Shown: positions 9,975-19,385 of the stretch, piece after piece
Layout of the letters: each line of letters opens with the position of its first letter
Position numbering within the stretch: the stretch's first letter is position 1
From: Candidatus Velthaea sp.
GTDB lineage: Bacteria > Vulcanimicrobiota > Vulcanimicrobiia > Vulcanimicrobiales > Vulcanimicrobiaceae
DNA: 64,000 nt
NCBI GenBank assembly: GCA_050012475.1
Contig: JBEKHC010000005.1
Span: 1 to 64,000 of the forward strand
Reading direction: 5' to 3'
Program-made: the position numbers and the translations under genes
The notes under the pieces: model-generated
Told to the model about the DNA's origin: nothing
Seen by the model: only the letters and a program-made list of their open reading frames with translations
Databases searched by the model: none

Positions 9975-11005
9975 ACGTAGCACGTCCAGGCTCGCGCGGC
10001 GGAGCGGCGTGGACCGGCGACTCGCCGCTCGCGCGTTGGCTCGCGCAAGCCTCCGGCGCGCCCGCGACGATCGCGCAGGTCGTGCGCCTGGGCGGCGGTG
10101 CGATTCAGCAGAATTGGCTGCTCGATGTGACACTCGACGGTCGCCACGTGCAGTTCGTCTTGCGCACCGATGGGCCGTCGTCGCTCGATTTGAGTCACAC
10201 GCGGGCGCACGAGTTCGCGATTCGCAAAGTCGCCTTCGCTGCGGGCGTCAACGTGGGCGAACCGCTCTGGCTGTGTGAAGACCGGTCGGTGATCGGCACC
10301 CCGTTTTTCGTCATGACGCGCATGGGCGGCACCGCGGATGCCGTGCGCGTGGTGCGCGACGTGCAGTTGGGCGGCGACCGCGCGACGCTTCCCCAGCGTT
10401 TGGGCGCTCAACTCGCGCGCATCCATGCGATTCGGCCGCCGCAGCCGGACCTGTCGTTTTTATCGCTGCCGGGTCGTTCGCCGGCGCTGGACTTCGTGGC
10501 CTGGAGCCGGTGCGTGCTCGACCGGTTCGCGGATCCGCGACCGGTGCTCGAATGGGGCGTACGGTGGCTCGAGCGCAACGCTCCGGAGGCCGGCGAACTG
10601 GTGCTTTGCCATCACGACTTCCGCACCGGAAATTACATGCTCGACGAGTCCGGGATTACCGCGATTCTCGATTGGGAGTTTGCCGGCTGGGGCGACGCTG
10701 CGGAAGATCTGGGCTGGTTTTGCGCCGCGTGCTGGCGTTTCGGCGCATACGAACGCGAAGCCGGCGGGATTGGGTCGCGCGAAGCGTTCTTTGCCGGTTA
10801 CGAGCGCGAATCCGGAACGCGCGTCGACCGGGCTGCCGTGCAGTATTGGGAAGTTGCCGCGCACGTCCGCTGGGGAATTATCGCCGTGCTGCAGGCGCAG
10901 CGGCATCTGTCGGGTGCCGAATCATCGCTCGAACTCGCGCTGACCAGTCACCTCGTGCCGGAGCTGGAGTTCGAGATTCTCGCGCTGACCGAGCAAGGAC
11001 GGTGA
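9971..11005 (+). CDS. Phosphotransferase (APH / ACAD10 kinase-like), LvaA-like
   Basis: LGGGAIQQNW, VLRTD, HHDFRTGNY, ILDWEFAGWGD..EDLGW; GTGA overlap with the SDR stop. Confidence 0.9.
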   Translation: MNVARPGSRGGAAWTGDSPLARWLAQASGAPATIAQVVRLGGGAIQQNWLLDVTLDGRHVQFVLRTDGPSSLDLSHTRAHEFAIRKVAFAAGVNVGEPLWLCEDRSVIGTPFFVMTRMGGTADAVRVVRDVQLGGDRATLPQRLGAQLARIHAIRPPQPDLSFLSLPGRSPALDFVAWSRCVLDRFADPRPVLEWGVRWLERNAPEAGELVLCHHDFRTGNYMLDESGITAILDWEFAGWGDAAEDLGWFCAACWRFGAYEREAGGIGSREAFFAGYERESGTRVDRAAVQYWEVAAHVRWGIIAVLQAQRHLSGAESSLELALTSHLVPELEFEILALTEQGR

Positions 11006-11577
11006 TGCGCACCCGGCCGACGGGCTCGGAGCTGCTGTCGACCGCGCAAACGGTCGTGCGCGACGAGATCCTGCCGCATGTTCCGTCCGAAGAACGAGCG
11101 ACGGTGCTTGCGATCCAAACGGCGATGAGGCTCGCCGCGCGCCGGCTGGATCTCGGGGACGCGCCGTCGGCCGAAGAACTCGAACAGCTGGAGGCGGCGC
11201 GCGGCGCGCTGCGGGGCAAACTCTTGGAGTACTTGCCGCAGGCCCGTCAATACAGTGCGCGGCTGGCGGCGAAAGCCATCGCAATTGCCAAGAATGAGCT
11301 CGTGTACGGCAGCGCTCCCGAACGCGAGGAACTCGATCGACTGACCCGTCTGCTTGGCGAGAAGCCGCACTTGGCAAGCACGGCGCGCGACGTTCACGAA
11401 GGGCTGCGCCAACTCTATGTCCGGCTGGCGGACGATATCCGCGCGGGACAGGCGGACCCCGGAACCCCGGCCTGGGCTCTGACGCGCGCGCACCTCGATC
11501 GAATGACGCGCCAAGCGCTCAATGAGAGCAACCCGGCGTATTTGAAGGCGCGCGCCGGATTGGTTCGCCCGCAATAG
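11005..11577 (+). CDS. DUF6285 / LvaB-like helical partner protein with an internally duplicated module
   Basis: RPTGSELL...RDEILP N-terminus and LADDIRAG...LNESNPAYL C-terminus; TGATG-coupled to the phosphotransferase. Confidence 0.75.
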   Translation: MRTRPTGSELLSTAQTVVRDEILPHVPSEERATVLAIQTAMRLAARRLDLGDAPSAEELEQLEAARGALRGKLLEYLPQARQYSARLAAKAIAIAKNELVYGSAPEREELDRLTRLLGEKPHLASTARDVHEGLRQLYVRLADDIRAGQADPGTPAWALTRAHLDRMTRQALNESNPAYLKARAGLVRPQ

Positions 11578-11924
11578 CCTCGGCTCGGCGGACGACCGCA
11601 ACTGCCATCGAAGTGCGCGCACGCAGTGAGCCGTCCCGGACCGGCGCCGATCGATTCGCCAACTTGGGGCTCACGGCGATCGAACGAAAACGAATGCCGC
11701 GAGCAGTCGGATCGCTTGCGATGCCGGTGTTTCGGGCTGCTGACGATCCGGTCCGAGCGGAAACGAATGAGGAGGCTTGGCGCCATCTTGGAATGCACCC
11801 TCGCGCGAAGCGCGAACGTATGGAACTTCCTGCCAGCCGGCTTGACCGGCTTGCGCGGGTTGGTCGCGACCGGAGGGCGGAGTTCCCCCGGATCGAGACC
11901 GGGGCGGTCCGGCGCTGCCGGCGG

Positions 11925-12302
11925 ATGGACGTGAACGCTGGGGAGGCGATGGTGGACTTCTGGTTCGGCAGTTCCCAATGTGCGCAGCCGCTGCGCACCT
12001 GGTCGCGCGTGAACGAGGCGGTCGGCGAGGCTCTCTGCGCCTCGGCCAAGGCCGTCTTGCGCAAACAAGCCGAGCTGGCACGCGATTGGGCCGAACGCGT
12101 TGCCGTGGATTCGCGCAGCTCGAAGCTCACCGTTGAGGGCGCCCATCAGGCCTACGATCTCGTGGTTGCCTACACCGAAGCGAGCGCGCAATGGTGCGAA
12201 ACCTGGCTCGCCATGCTGCGAAGCATCGACCCCCAACGGGCCGCGAGCCGCCGCCCAGCGCCCGGACAGGAGCCCGGCGCGGCGCTCACCGAGCTGCCCT
12301 AA
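11925..12302 (+). CDS. Hypothetical helical protein, possibly PHA-granule associated (phasin-like)
   Basis: Trp/Ala-rich amphipathic ORF whose stop overlaps the phaE ATG (TAATG); start uncertain. Confidence 0.5.
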   Translation: MDVNAGEAMVDFWFGSSQCAQPLRTWSRVNEAVGEALCASAKAVLRKQAELARDWAERVAVDSRSSKLTVEGAHQAYDLVVAYTEASAQWCETWLAMLRSIDPQRAASRRPAPGQEPGAALTELP

Positions 12303-13375
12303 TGACGGCCGACAAGAAACCGGGCGCAAGCTCGCTGTGGGAAAATTGGCTCGACACGCTCAAGGCTGCTTCGGTTCCGCTGGGCAGCACGGCGATGATG
12401 GAGCAGTGGCAGCGCGCGATGGGCGCAGCCGCGAAAACCACGCCGGCCGATTTTTTTCAGGCGTCGATGGGCGATCAGCAAGCCCTGCTTCGGCTGACCG
12501 AACTGGCAGCGGAAACGATACGCTCCGCCGGCAGCCCCGCCGACGGGGCAGCCGTGGACTCAGCGGAATCGCTCGAACGGTCGGCGGAGAACTTCCGCGC
12601 AAAATTTTCGGTTAGCCCGATGACCAACGCGCTCGATCTCTGGCTCGCGAACGCGGCGCAATTCCAGCGCAGCGCCGAGCCGTGGACGCAGTTCATGCAG
12701 CGTTCGATGAGCCTCGCTGCGATGATGGGCAGTCCGGCGGGCGCGGGCGATCCGCTTGGTGACGCGCTCGAACGCAGCTTCGGATTGCTGGCAAATTTTC
12801 CGGGCATCAACCAAGAATTGCCGCAGCTGCTGACGGAAGCCGCGGCGAATGCGGCGGCGCTCGCGGCAGCGCGCGAAAACTACCGCGTCATCCTGGCAGC
12901 AACATGGCAGCGGGCGTTCGAAGAGATCGGGCGCGAAGTCCTCAAACGCACTGCCGAGCGCCGGCCGGTTCAAACGTCGGCGGCGCTGCTCTCGTTATCG
13001 ACCACCGTCGCCGACCGCGTGTTCGTCGAAACATTCAGCTCGCAGCGCTATGTCGAAGCGCAGGAGCGATTGTCGACGGCGCTTGCCGATCAGCGCCGCC
13101 ACGAGATGAAGGTCGTGGATCTGTTCGCCCGGTTCGGACATTTTCCGACCCGCCGCGACCTCGACGAAGTTGTGCGTGAAATCAGCGTGCTGCGCCGCGA
13201 AGTGCATGCGCTCAAACGAACGTTGCGTTCGGCTGCGAGCGTGCCCCCGGCCGGCGCGGCCGGCGCTCCGCCGTCGGCCAATGGCGGTGCAGCACCGGCC
13301 GCTGCACCACGCTCGGCGCGTAAGACGGCGCGCAAGAGTCCCGGTTCCGCAAAAAAGGCCGAACATGGCGCGTGA
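12302..13375 (+). CDS. phaE: Class III PHA synthase subunit PhaE
   Basis: C-terminal FPTRRDLDEVVREISVLRREVHALKR coiled coil typical of PhaE; directly upstream of and overlapping phaC. Confidence 0.8.
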   Translation: MTADKKPGASSLWENWLDTLKAASVPLGSTAMMEQWQRAMGAAAKTTPADFFQASMGDQQALLRLTELAAETIRSAGSPADGAAVDSAESLERSAENFRAKFSVSPMTNALDLWLANAAQFQRSAEPWTQFMQRSMSLAAMMGSPAGAGDPLGDALERSFGLLANFPGINQELPQLLTEAAANAAALAAARENYRVILAATWQRAFEEIGREVLKRTAERRPVQTSAALLSLSTTVADRVFVETFSSQRYVEAQERLSTALADQRRHEMKVVDLFARFGHFPTRRDLDEVVREISVLRREVHALKRTLRSAASVPPAGAAGAPPSANGGAAPAAAPRSARKTARKSPGSAKKAEHGA

Positions 13376-14462
13376 CCCGAGCGCCGATTTGGAACTGCTG
13401 TTCTCGGGTTTGGGGGCGGTGGCCGTTCGCGAGTACAGCGAGATGCTGCGCAAAGCGCTCAAAGGCACCCACGTTCTGAGCGAACTGCGGCAGAGCGACT
13501 TGGATAGCGCGACGACGCCCAAAGAACTCGTCTATTCCGACGGCCATTTGAACTTGTTTCACTATCTGCCGGCGCGGCCCGCCGCAACGTTGTTACCGCC
13601 GATCCTCATCGTGTACTCCCTGATCAACCGCTACTACATGATCGACTTGCAGCCCGATCGCTCGCTGGTCCGCCGGCTGCTGGAGTTGGGCGCCGATCTC
13701 TACGTGATGGATTGGGGGTATCCGACGCCCCTCGACCGCTTTACCACGATGGAAGATCATATCGGCTATCTCGGAGACTGCGCGGATGTCGTGCGCGAGC
13801 GGCATGGTTCGGAGCGCGTGAACCTGCTGGGCATTTGCCAAGGCGGCTATTTCACGCTGTGTTATGCCGCGCTCAACCCCGAACGCGTCGGCAGCCTCAT
13901 CACGATGATTACGCCGCTCGATTTCGACCTGGACGACACGATCTTGGCGAGGGTTGCGAAACATACCGATACCGACCGGCTCGTCGACACGTTGGGAAAC
14001 ATTCCCGGCTCGTTGATGCACCAACAATTTTTGCTCCGCAGTCCGTTCGCGCAAAACGTTCAGAAGTACGCCGACCTGATGAATTTATTCGACGACCGCG
14101 AACAATTGATGACATTCCTGCGCATGGAACGCTGGATCAACGACAGCCCCGATCATCCGGGCGAGACGTTTCGCAAGTGGCTCAAAGACGGCTACCAAGA
14201 GAACAAGCTCGTCAAAGGAACGTTCGAACTCGGCGGCCAGCCGGTCTCGCTCGCCAACGTGCGGATGCCCGTACTCAACATGTTCGGCCAGCGCGATGAC
14301 ATCGTCGAGCCGAAGTCATCCGCCGCGCTCGAAAAACACGTCGGCACTTCCGACTACACCGCCCGGTCGTTTCCGGTCGGACACATCGGGATGTACGTCA
14401 GCACGAAAGTGCAAAAAGAGTTGCCGTCGACGATCATCGAGTGGCTCCGAGCCCGGAGCTGA
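13365..14462 (+). CDS. phaC: Class III poly(R)-hydroxyalkanoate synthase subunit PhaC
   Basis: TPKELVY, PILIVYSLINRYYMIDLQPDRSLV, lipase box GICQGG, FLRMERW, DDIV, GHIG; about 365 aa. Confidence 0.95.
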   Translation: MARDPSADLELLFSGLGAVAVREYSEMLRKALKGTHVLSELRQSDLDSATTPKELVYSDGHLNLFHYLPARPAATLLPPILIVYSLINRYYMIDLQPDRSLVRRLLELGADLYVMDWGYPTPLDRFTTMEDHIGYLGDCADVVRERHGSERVNLLGICQGGYFTLCYAALNPERVGSLITMITPLDFDLDDTILARVAKHTDTDRLVDTLGNIPGSLMHQQFLLRSPFAQNVQKYADLMNLFDDREQLMTFLRMERWINDSPDHPGETFRKWLKDGYQENKLVKGTFELGGQPVSLANVRMPVLNMFGQRDDIVEPKSSAALEKHVGTSDYTARSFPVGHIGMYVSTKVQKELPSTIIEWLRARS

Positions 14463-14467
14463 CCCGC

Positions 14468-15334
14468 GTGATCGGGCCGCCGCCCTTTGCTGCGACGGAT
14501 TTCGATCTGCAGCTTCCCGGCGGACGAGTCCGGGCCCATCGCTTGGGCGACCCCGAGGGTGAACTCGTCCTCTGCGCACCAGGCCTGTCGGCCAATTCGC
14601 GGTGGTTCGATTTCCTGGGCGAACGGATCAGCGAAACCGGCCGCCAAGTCGTGGCGCTCGATCTGCGCGGGCGCGGCCACAGTGCGGTGACCGCACCCGG
14701 AACGTACGGCTTCGCAAACCACGCGCACGACATTTTCGCCGCGGCCGAAGCGCTGGGTGCAACGCGTTTCGACCTCATCGGTCATTCGATGGGGGCGTAC
14801 GTCGCGATGGAAGCCGCCGCGCTCGATGCCGGCTCGCGGCTGCGCCGGCTGGTCCTCATCGACGGACTGGGCATACCGCGCTACGCCGCGGTGAAATCGA
14901 TCCTGCAAAATCTGCAGCGGCTCACCCACGTTTACGCCTCGCCCGAAGACTATCTGGCTTCGATCCGCAAGCTCGACTTGATCGATTCGTGGAACGAGTA
15001 CTGGGAGCGCTGCTATCGGTACGAACTCGTCCCGGTGCCGGGCGGCGTGCGCGCGCGCACGAACCCGGCGCCCGTCAACGAAGATTTCAGCTACGGCAAC
15101 CTCCACGATGCGCGCCGGCTTTGGAAGTGCATCGCGGTGCCGGTGTTAGCGTTGCGTGCGTTGCGCCCGATGACGGGGCGCAACGGATTCATCGTCACCG
15201 AGTTCGACTTCCGTCACTTCGCTCGAACCGTGCCCTCGGCGACAGCGTTCGAGATCGATGCCAATCATTACGACATCATGACCCATGCCAAAACGCTCGA
15301 AGCCGTCCGCCGTTTTCTTGACACGACGCAATGA
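14468..15334 (+). CDS. Alpha/beta hydrolase (esterase/lipase family)
   Basis: DLRGRGHS, GHSMG nucleophile elbow, ANHY; begins just after the phaC stop. Confidence 0.85.
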   Translation: MIGPPPFAATDFDLQLPGGRVRAHRLGDPEGELVLCAPGLSANSRWFDFLGERISETGRQVVALDLRGRGHSAVTAPGTYGFANHAHDIFAAAEALGATRFDLIGHSMGAYVAMEAAALDAGSRLRRLVLIDGLGIPRYAAVKSILQNLQRLTHVYASPEDYLASIRKLDLIDSWNEYWERCYRYELVPVPGGVRARTNPAPVNEDFSYGNLHDARRLWKCIAVPVLALRALRPMTGRNGFIVTEFDFRHFARTVPSATAFEIDANHYDIMTHAKTLEAVRRFLDTTQ

Positions 15335-15361
15335 CGCCGGGACAGGTTGACGCCGGGCGGG

Positions 15362-15739
15362 TTATTTGAGCGTGTGACCGGCAGCGCGTAACGCCGCCTT
15401 GGCTTCTTCGAGCCGGTCGGCCCGAACCAGAATGTGATCGGTGTCGTAGGTCGAGATACCGAAGATCGAAATGCCGGCGTCGGCGAGCGGTTTGGCCAGG
15501 CTGGCGATGACGCCGGTGAGCGCGAAGTCGAGCGTGCCGATCACGGCCAGACAGCGAAAATCGCGCTCGACTTCGGTGACCGTCGGCGGCACGGCGTCGT
15601 TGCGGCAAACGATCGACAGCTCGTTGCGCGTTCGAACCACCGCCAGCAAATCGTTGCCGCCGACCCAACCGGGCACCGGTGCGTCTGCTGCCAAGCGGGC
15701 AAGGGCGAAGGTCTCGTCGAGCGTGCGTAATTCCAACAC
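15362..15739 (-). CDS. ACT-domain protein (DUF2241/CASTOR-like)
   Basis: RTRNELSIVC, GTLDFALTGVIA, ISIFGISTYDTDHILV. Confidence 0.88.
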   Translation of the reverse strand: MLELRTLDETFALARLAADAPVPGWVGGNDLLAVVRTRNELSIVCRNDAVPPTVTEVERDFRCLAVIGTLDFALTGVIASLAKPLADAGISIFGISTYDTDHILVRADRLEEAKAALRAAGHTLK

Positions 15740-15791
15740 GGCTGATATACTCCGGGATTCTCCGGTCGGTGTCGTGCTCCCGGCAGAAACG

Positions 15792-15824
15792 TCGCGAGCT
15801 TCGGCGGTTTGCCGAAGCTCGCGA
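15792..15824 (-). terminator. Probable intrinsic terminator / stem-loop after fumC
   Basis: Perfect 14-bp stem TCGCGAGCTTCGGC/GCCGAAGCTCGCGA with a 5-nt loop, about 20 nt after the fumC stop; only a weak U tract. Confidence 0.55.
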
Positions 15825-15846
15825 TTGGGCCCGGAGGCGCCGTGAC

Positions 15847-17268
15847 TTAGGACGGCTGCGTCATCTTCACCGGGACGACGAACTTGTCGAAGTCTTCGCT
15901 GTTGACGTGGCCGAGCGCCAAAGCCGCTTCCTTGAGTTTCGTTCCGTCGTGATGGGCTTTCTTGGCGATCTCCGCCGACTTGTCGTAACCGATGTGCGGC
16001 GAGAGTGCGGTCACCGTCATGAGCGAGTCGTCGAGGTACTTTTTGATGACCGGTTCGTTGGCGGCCAAGCCTTCGATCGCGTGCTCGCGGAACATCGTGC
16101 ACGCATCCTGCAGCAGTGACGTCGAGTGCAGGAAATTGTAGATCATCACCGGGTTGAAGACGTTGAGTTCGAAGTTGCCCTGCGAGCCGCCGAAACCGAT
16201 GGCCACGTCGTTGCCGAACACTTGCACGCAGACCATCGTCATTGCTTCGGATTGCGTCGGGTTGACTTTGCCGGGCATGATCGACGAGCCCGGTTCGTTT
16301 TCGGGCAGGATCAGCTCGCCGATGCCGGCCCGCGGCCCGGACGCCAGCCAGCGCACGTCGTTGGCAATCTTCATCAGCGAAGCGGCGAGTGTCTTGAGCG
16401 CGCCTGATGCGTAGACCACTTCATCGTGCGAAGCCAGCGCCGCGAATTTATTGGGGTGCGAGCGGAACGGCAGGCCCGTCAACTCGGCGATTTTCCGGGC
16501 TGCGCGTTCGGCGAATTCGCGCGGAGCGTTGAGCCCGGTGCCGACGGCCGTACCGCCGATGGCCAGATCGTACAGTCCGTCGAGTGCTTCGCGACAACGG
16601 GCAATGCTGCGATCGAGTTGCGAAACGTAGCCCGAGAACTCTTGACCCAGCGTCAGCGGGGTTGCGTCCTGAAGGTGCGTGCGCCCGACTTTAACGATGT
16701 TCGCCCATTCCTGTGCTTTGTGGTCGAGCGCGTCGCGCAACTGCTCGACGGCCGGCAACAAGTCGACCATTGCTTCGGCGGCCGCCATATGCATCGCGGT
16801 CGGAAACGTGTCGTTCGAAGACTGCGACATGTTGACGTGATCGTTGGGATGGACGGGCTTCTTCGAGCCCATTTCGCCGCCCGCGATCTCGATCGCACGA
16901 TTCGAGATCACTTCGTTGACGTTCATGTTCGTCTGCGTGCCCGAGCCGGTTTGCCAAACCCGCAGCGGAAAATGCTCGGCCAACTTTCCGGCGACGACTT
17001 CGTCGGCGGCTTGGGTGATCAGTTTGGTTTTCTCGGCATCGAGTTTGCCGAGGTCGTGGTTGACCAGCGCCGCGGCTTTCTTGAGGATGGCCATCGCGCG
17101 GATGATCTCCGGCGGCATAACGTCGCGCGCCGCGACCCCTTCACCGATGTCAAAATGGATCAGTGACCGCGCCGATTGGGCGCCGTAATAGCGGTCGGCG
17201 GGAACCGCGATCTTCCCCATACTGTCGGACTCGATGCGGGTGGCGGCGCCGTTGAGCGTGCTGCTCAT
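15847..17268 (-). CDS. fumC: Class II fumarate hydratase
   Basis: [46 protein letters not shown]. Confidence 0.97.
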   Translation of the reverse strand: MSSTLNGAATRIESDSMGKIAVPADRYYGAQSARSLIHFDIGEGVAARDVMPPEIIRAMAILKKAAALVNHDLGKLDAEKTKLITQAADEVVAGKLAEHFPLRVWQTGSGTQTNMNVNEVISNRAIEIAGGEMGSKKPVHPNDHVNMSQSSNDTFPTAMHMAAAEAMVDLLPAVEQLRDALDHKAQEWANIVKVGRTHLQDATPLTLGQEFSGYVSQLDRSIARCREALDGLYDLAIGGTAVGTGLNAPREFAERAARKIAELTGLPFRSHPNKFAALASHDEVVYASGALKTLAASLMKIANDVRWLASGPRAGIGELILPENEPGSSIMPGKVNPTQSEAMTMVCVQVFGNDVAIGFGGSQGNFELNVFNPVMIYNFLHSTSLLQDACTMFREHAIEGLAANEPVIKKYLDDSLMTVTALSPHIGYDKSAEIAKKAHHDGTKLKEAALALGHVNSEDFDKFVVPVKMTQPS

Positions 17269-17465
17269 GCTTCTCCTCGATTCTTGCGGGTCAAAGTGGA
17301 CGCGAGAGACTCCGGCAACGGGTTGCCGTTCCCCTCGACGAGATTTGTCGGATTGCTCCTCGACGCCGGCGCGCCGGACTTGCCCCGCTGGGGCGCCGCT
17401 CTTATACTTACGGAAGAGCCCAGCCCCTACAAAAGTCGGTTTCTTTGTTGATCGGGGTGCCGCCG

Positions 17466-18599
17466 ATGCGTCGATGGATCGTCGTTGCTGTTGTTGTCTT
17501 TCTTGGCTTCGCGCTCGCCTTGCCGGCGGCCCGCGCCGACACGGTTCCGGCGCTCGACGCGGCGCGGGCGAAGGTTGCCGCCGGGGACTCGGCGGGGGCG
17601 ATGCGCGACCTTCAGGCCTACGTCCCCGCTCACCGCGATGACGTCGACGCGGCGCGATTCCTGGGCGATCTGTACTTCCGCGTGCCCGACTTCCGCGACG
17701 CCGAAGCGACTTGGAAGGCGATTATCGCGCGACGCAGCGACGACCGCGAAACCCACAACCGGTTGGGCAGCCTGTATGCCGTCGAGGACCGCGTCGCCGA
17801 TGCCATCGGCGAATACGAAAAGAGCCTGCCCAGCCGCGGCGGCTTTCAGGGGCTGGTCGAACAGCATCGGCGGCAAGGCGACCTCGCCGCATTCCAAGCC
17901 CAATTCCAGCGCAACGCCGACGAGTATCCGCTCGACGCGCGGGCCCAGTCGTTCAACGGCAGCGTCCTGCACGCCATGCGCAGTTACGATCTCGCGCAGC
18001 GGTACTTCGAGCGCGCCGCGAGTCTGGCGCCCAAAGACTGCGGCGCCCTCGTCGATGCGGGCAACAACCTCATCGACCTTGCGCGCTTACCGGACGCCCT
18101 GCGCTTTTTGAACCGTTGCCTCACGATCGATCCGGGCGACTACGCGGCCAACGTCGACAGCGGCGAGGCCTATGTCGAGCAGCATGACGACGCGGCGGCT
18201 CGGCCGTATTTCGAACGGGCCTTGGTGGCGCGGCCGACCGGCTCGGAAGCGCTGGTCGACATCGGCTATCTCGAGGACGACCGCGGCCAGTGGAAGAGCG
18301 CGGTGAACTACTACGTGCGCGCGATGAACGCGTATCCGTTGGAGTCGGCGGCGTACATCGATCTCGGCTACGATTACAACGCCCATCAGCTCTACAGCCT
18401 CGCCGAAGCTGCATTCATCAAAGGCCTGAGCGTCGCGCCGGACGACGGGCGCCTGCACTATATGCTCGCCGTCACCTATAACGTGCAAGGCAAAGTCGGG
18501 CTGGCGCGCGACCAATACAACCTTGCCATCGCGTCGAAAGAACCGGTCGTCGTCCATGCTGCGCAAGCCGAGTTAGCCCTGCTCCCGCCGCATTCCTAA
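17466..18599 (+). CDS. Secreted tetratricopeptide-repeat protein
   Basis: Signal peptide [24 protein letters not shown] followed by repeated LG..Y....A..Y..AL...P helices. Confidence 0.85.
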   Translation: MRRWIVVAVVVFLGFALALPAARADTVPALDAARAKVAAGDSAGAMRDLQAYVPAHRDDVDAARFLGDLYFRVPDFRDAEATWKAIIARRSDDRETHNRLGSLYAVEDRVADAIGEYEKSLPSRGGFQGLVEQHRRQGDLAAFQAQFQRNADEYPLDARAQSFNGSVLHAMRSYDLAQRYFERAASLAPKDCGALVDAGNNLIDLARLPDALRFLNRCLTIDPGDYAANVDSGEAYVEQHDDAAARPYFERALVARPTGSEALVDIGYLEDDRGQWKSAVNYYVRAMNAYPLESAAYIDLGYDYNAHQLYSLAEAAFIKGLSVAPDDGRLHYMLAVTYNVQGKVGLARDQYNLAIASKEPVVVHAAQAELALLPPHS

Positions 18600-18979
18600 A
18601 TTTGGGCGATCGCCTCGATCTCGACGCGCGCGCCTAACGGCAGCGCTGCGACCGCGACCGTCGATCGGGCGGGCGCGACGCCGCCGGCAAAAGGTTCGCC
18701 GTAAATCGGATTCACGATCGGGAAATCGGCCATGTCGACCAGGAAGATCGTGGTCTTCACGACGTTCGCGAAGGTCGTCCCGGCGGCGGTGAGTACGGCG
18801 TCGAGATTGCGCATCACTTGCCGCGTTTGCGCCGCGACGTCACCGTCGATGAGTTTTCCGGCGCTGGGATCGATGGCGATTTGACCGCTGCAAAAAATGA
18901 AGCCGGCGCAGCGCACGGCTTGGTTATACGGCCCGATCGGCGCCGGCGCCGACGGGCTGAAAATGCGCTCGGCGCTCAT
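18596..18979 (-). CDS. ridA: RidA/YjgF reactive intermediate deaminase
   Basis: APAPIGPYNQAV, SGQI, VVKTTIFL, PARSTVAVAALPLGARVEIEAIA. Confidence 0.93.
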   Translation of the reverse strand: MSAERIFSPSAPAPIGPYNQAVRCAGFIFCSGQIAIDPSAGKLIDGDVAAQTRQVMRNLDAVLTAAGTTFANVVKTTIFLVDMADFPIVNPIYGEPFAGGVAPARSTVAVAALPLGARVEIEAIAQI

Positions 18980-19154
18980 GCCGCCGCCGCTTGGGAGGCG
19001 TGACCGGCGGTGCCGGGCGCAGATCGGGGTTCGAGCCAGGGACGACGTCTCATCGGCGGTTCTCCAATTCAGCTTGCCGCGTTGGTGTTCGCGCGTCGGG
19101 AACGACGCGCATGCTGCGGTCGTCCCACCGAGGAGAACCAACGGAGGGACCACC

Positions 19155-19385
19155 GTGGAGAATCGCGGGTCGAGCTACGACGTTGCGGCCGTTGAGGCGT
19201 TCGCCGGGATGAACGTTCGCGTGCGGCTCGACGACGGCAGCGAGCACACCGGGCATCTTCGCACCGAACTGCTGTCCCACCGTTCGCTCTCGGTTTACAT
19301 CACCGGGAGCGGTGATGAAGGCGCGACGCTCTACATCGACCAAATCGTGGCTATCGTGCCGCTTTCCATCAATCCGGTAAGATGA
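19155..19385 (+). CDS. Small hypothetical protein with an Sm/LSm-like beta pattern
   Basis: GGAGG RBS before GTG; GMNVRVRLDDGSEHTGHL and LYIDQIVAI; ATGA overlap with the decarboxylase. Confidence 0.6.
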   Translation: MENRGSSYDVAAVEAFAGMNVRVRLDDGSEHTGHLRTELLSHRSLSVYITGSGDEGATLYIDQIVAIVPLSINPVR

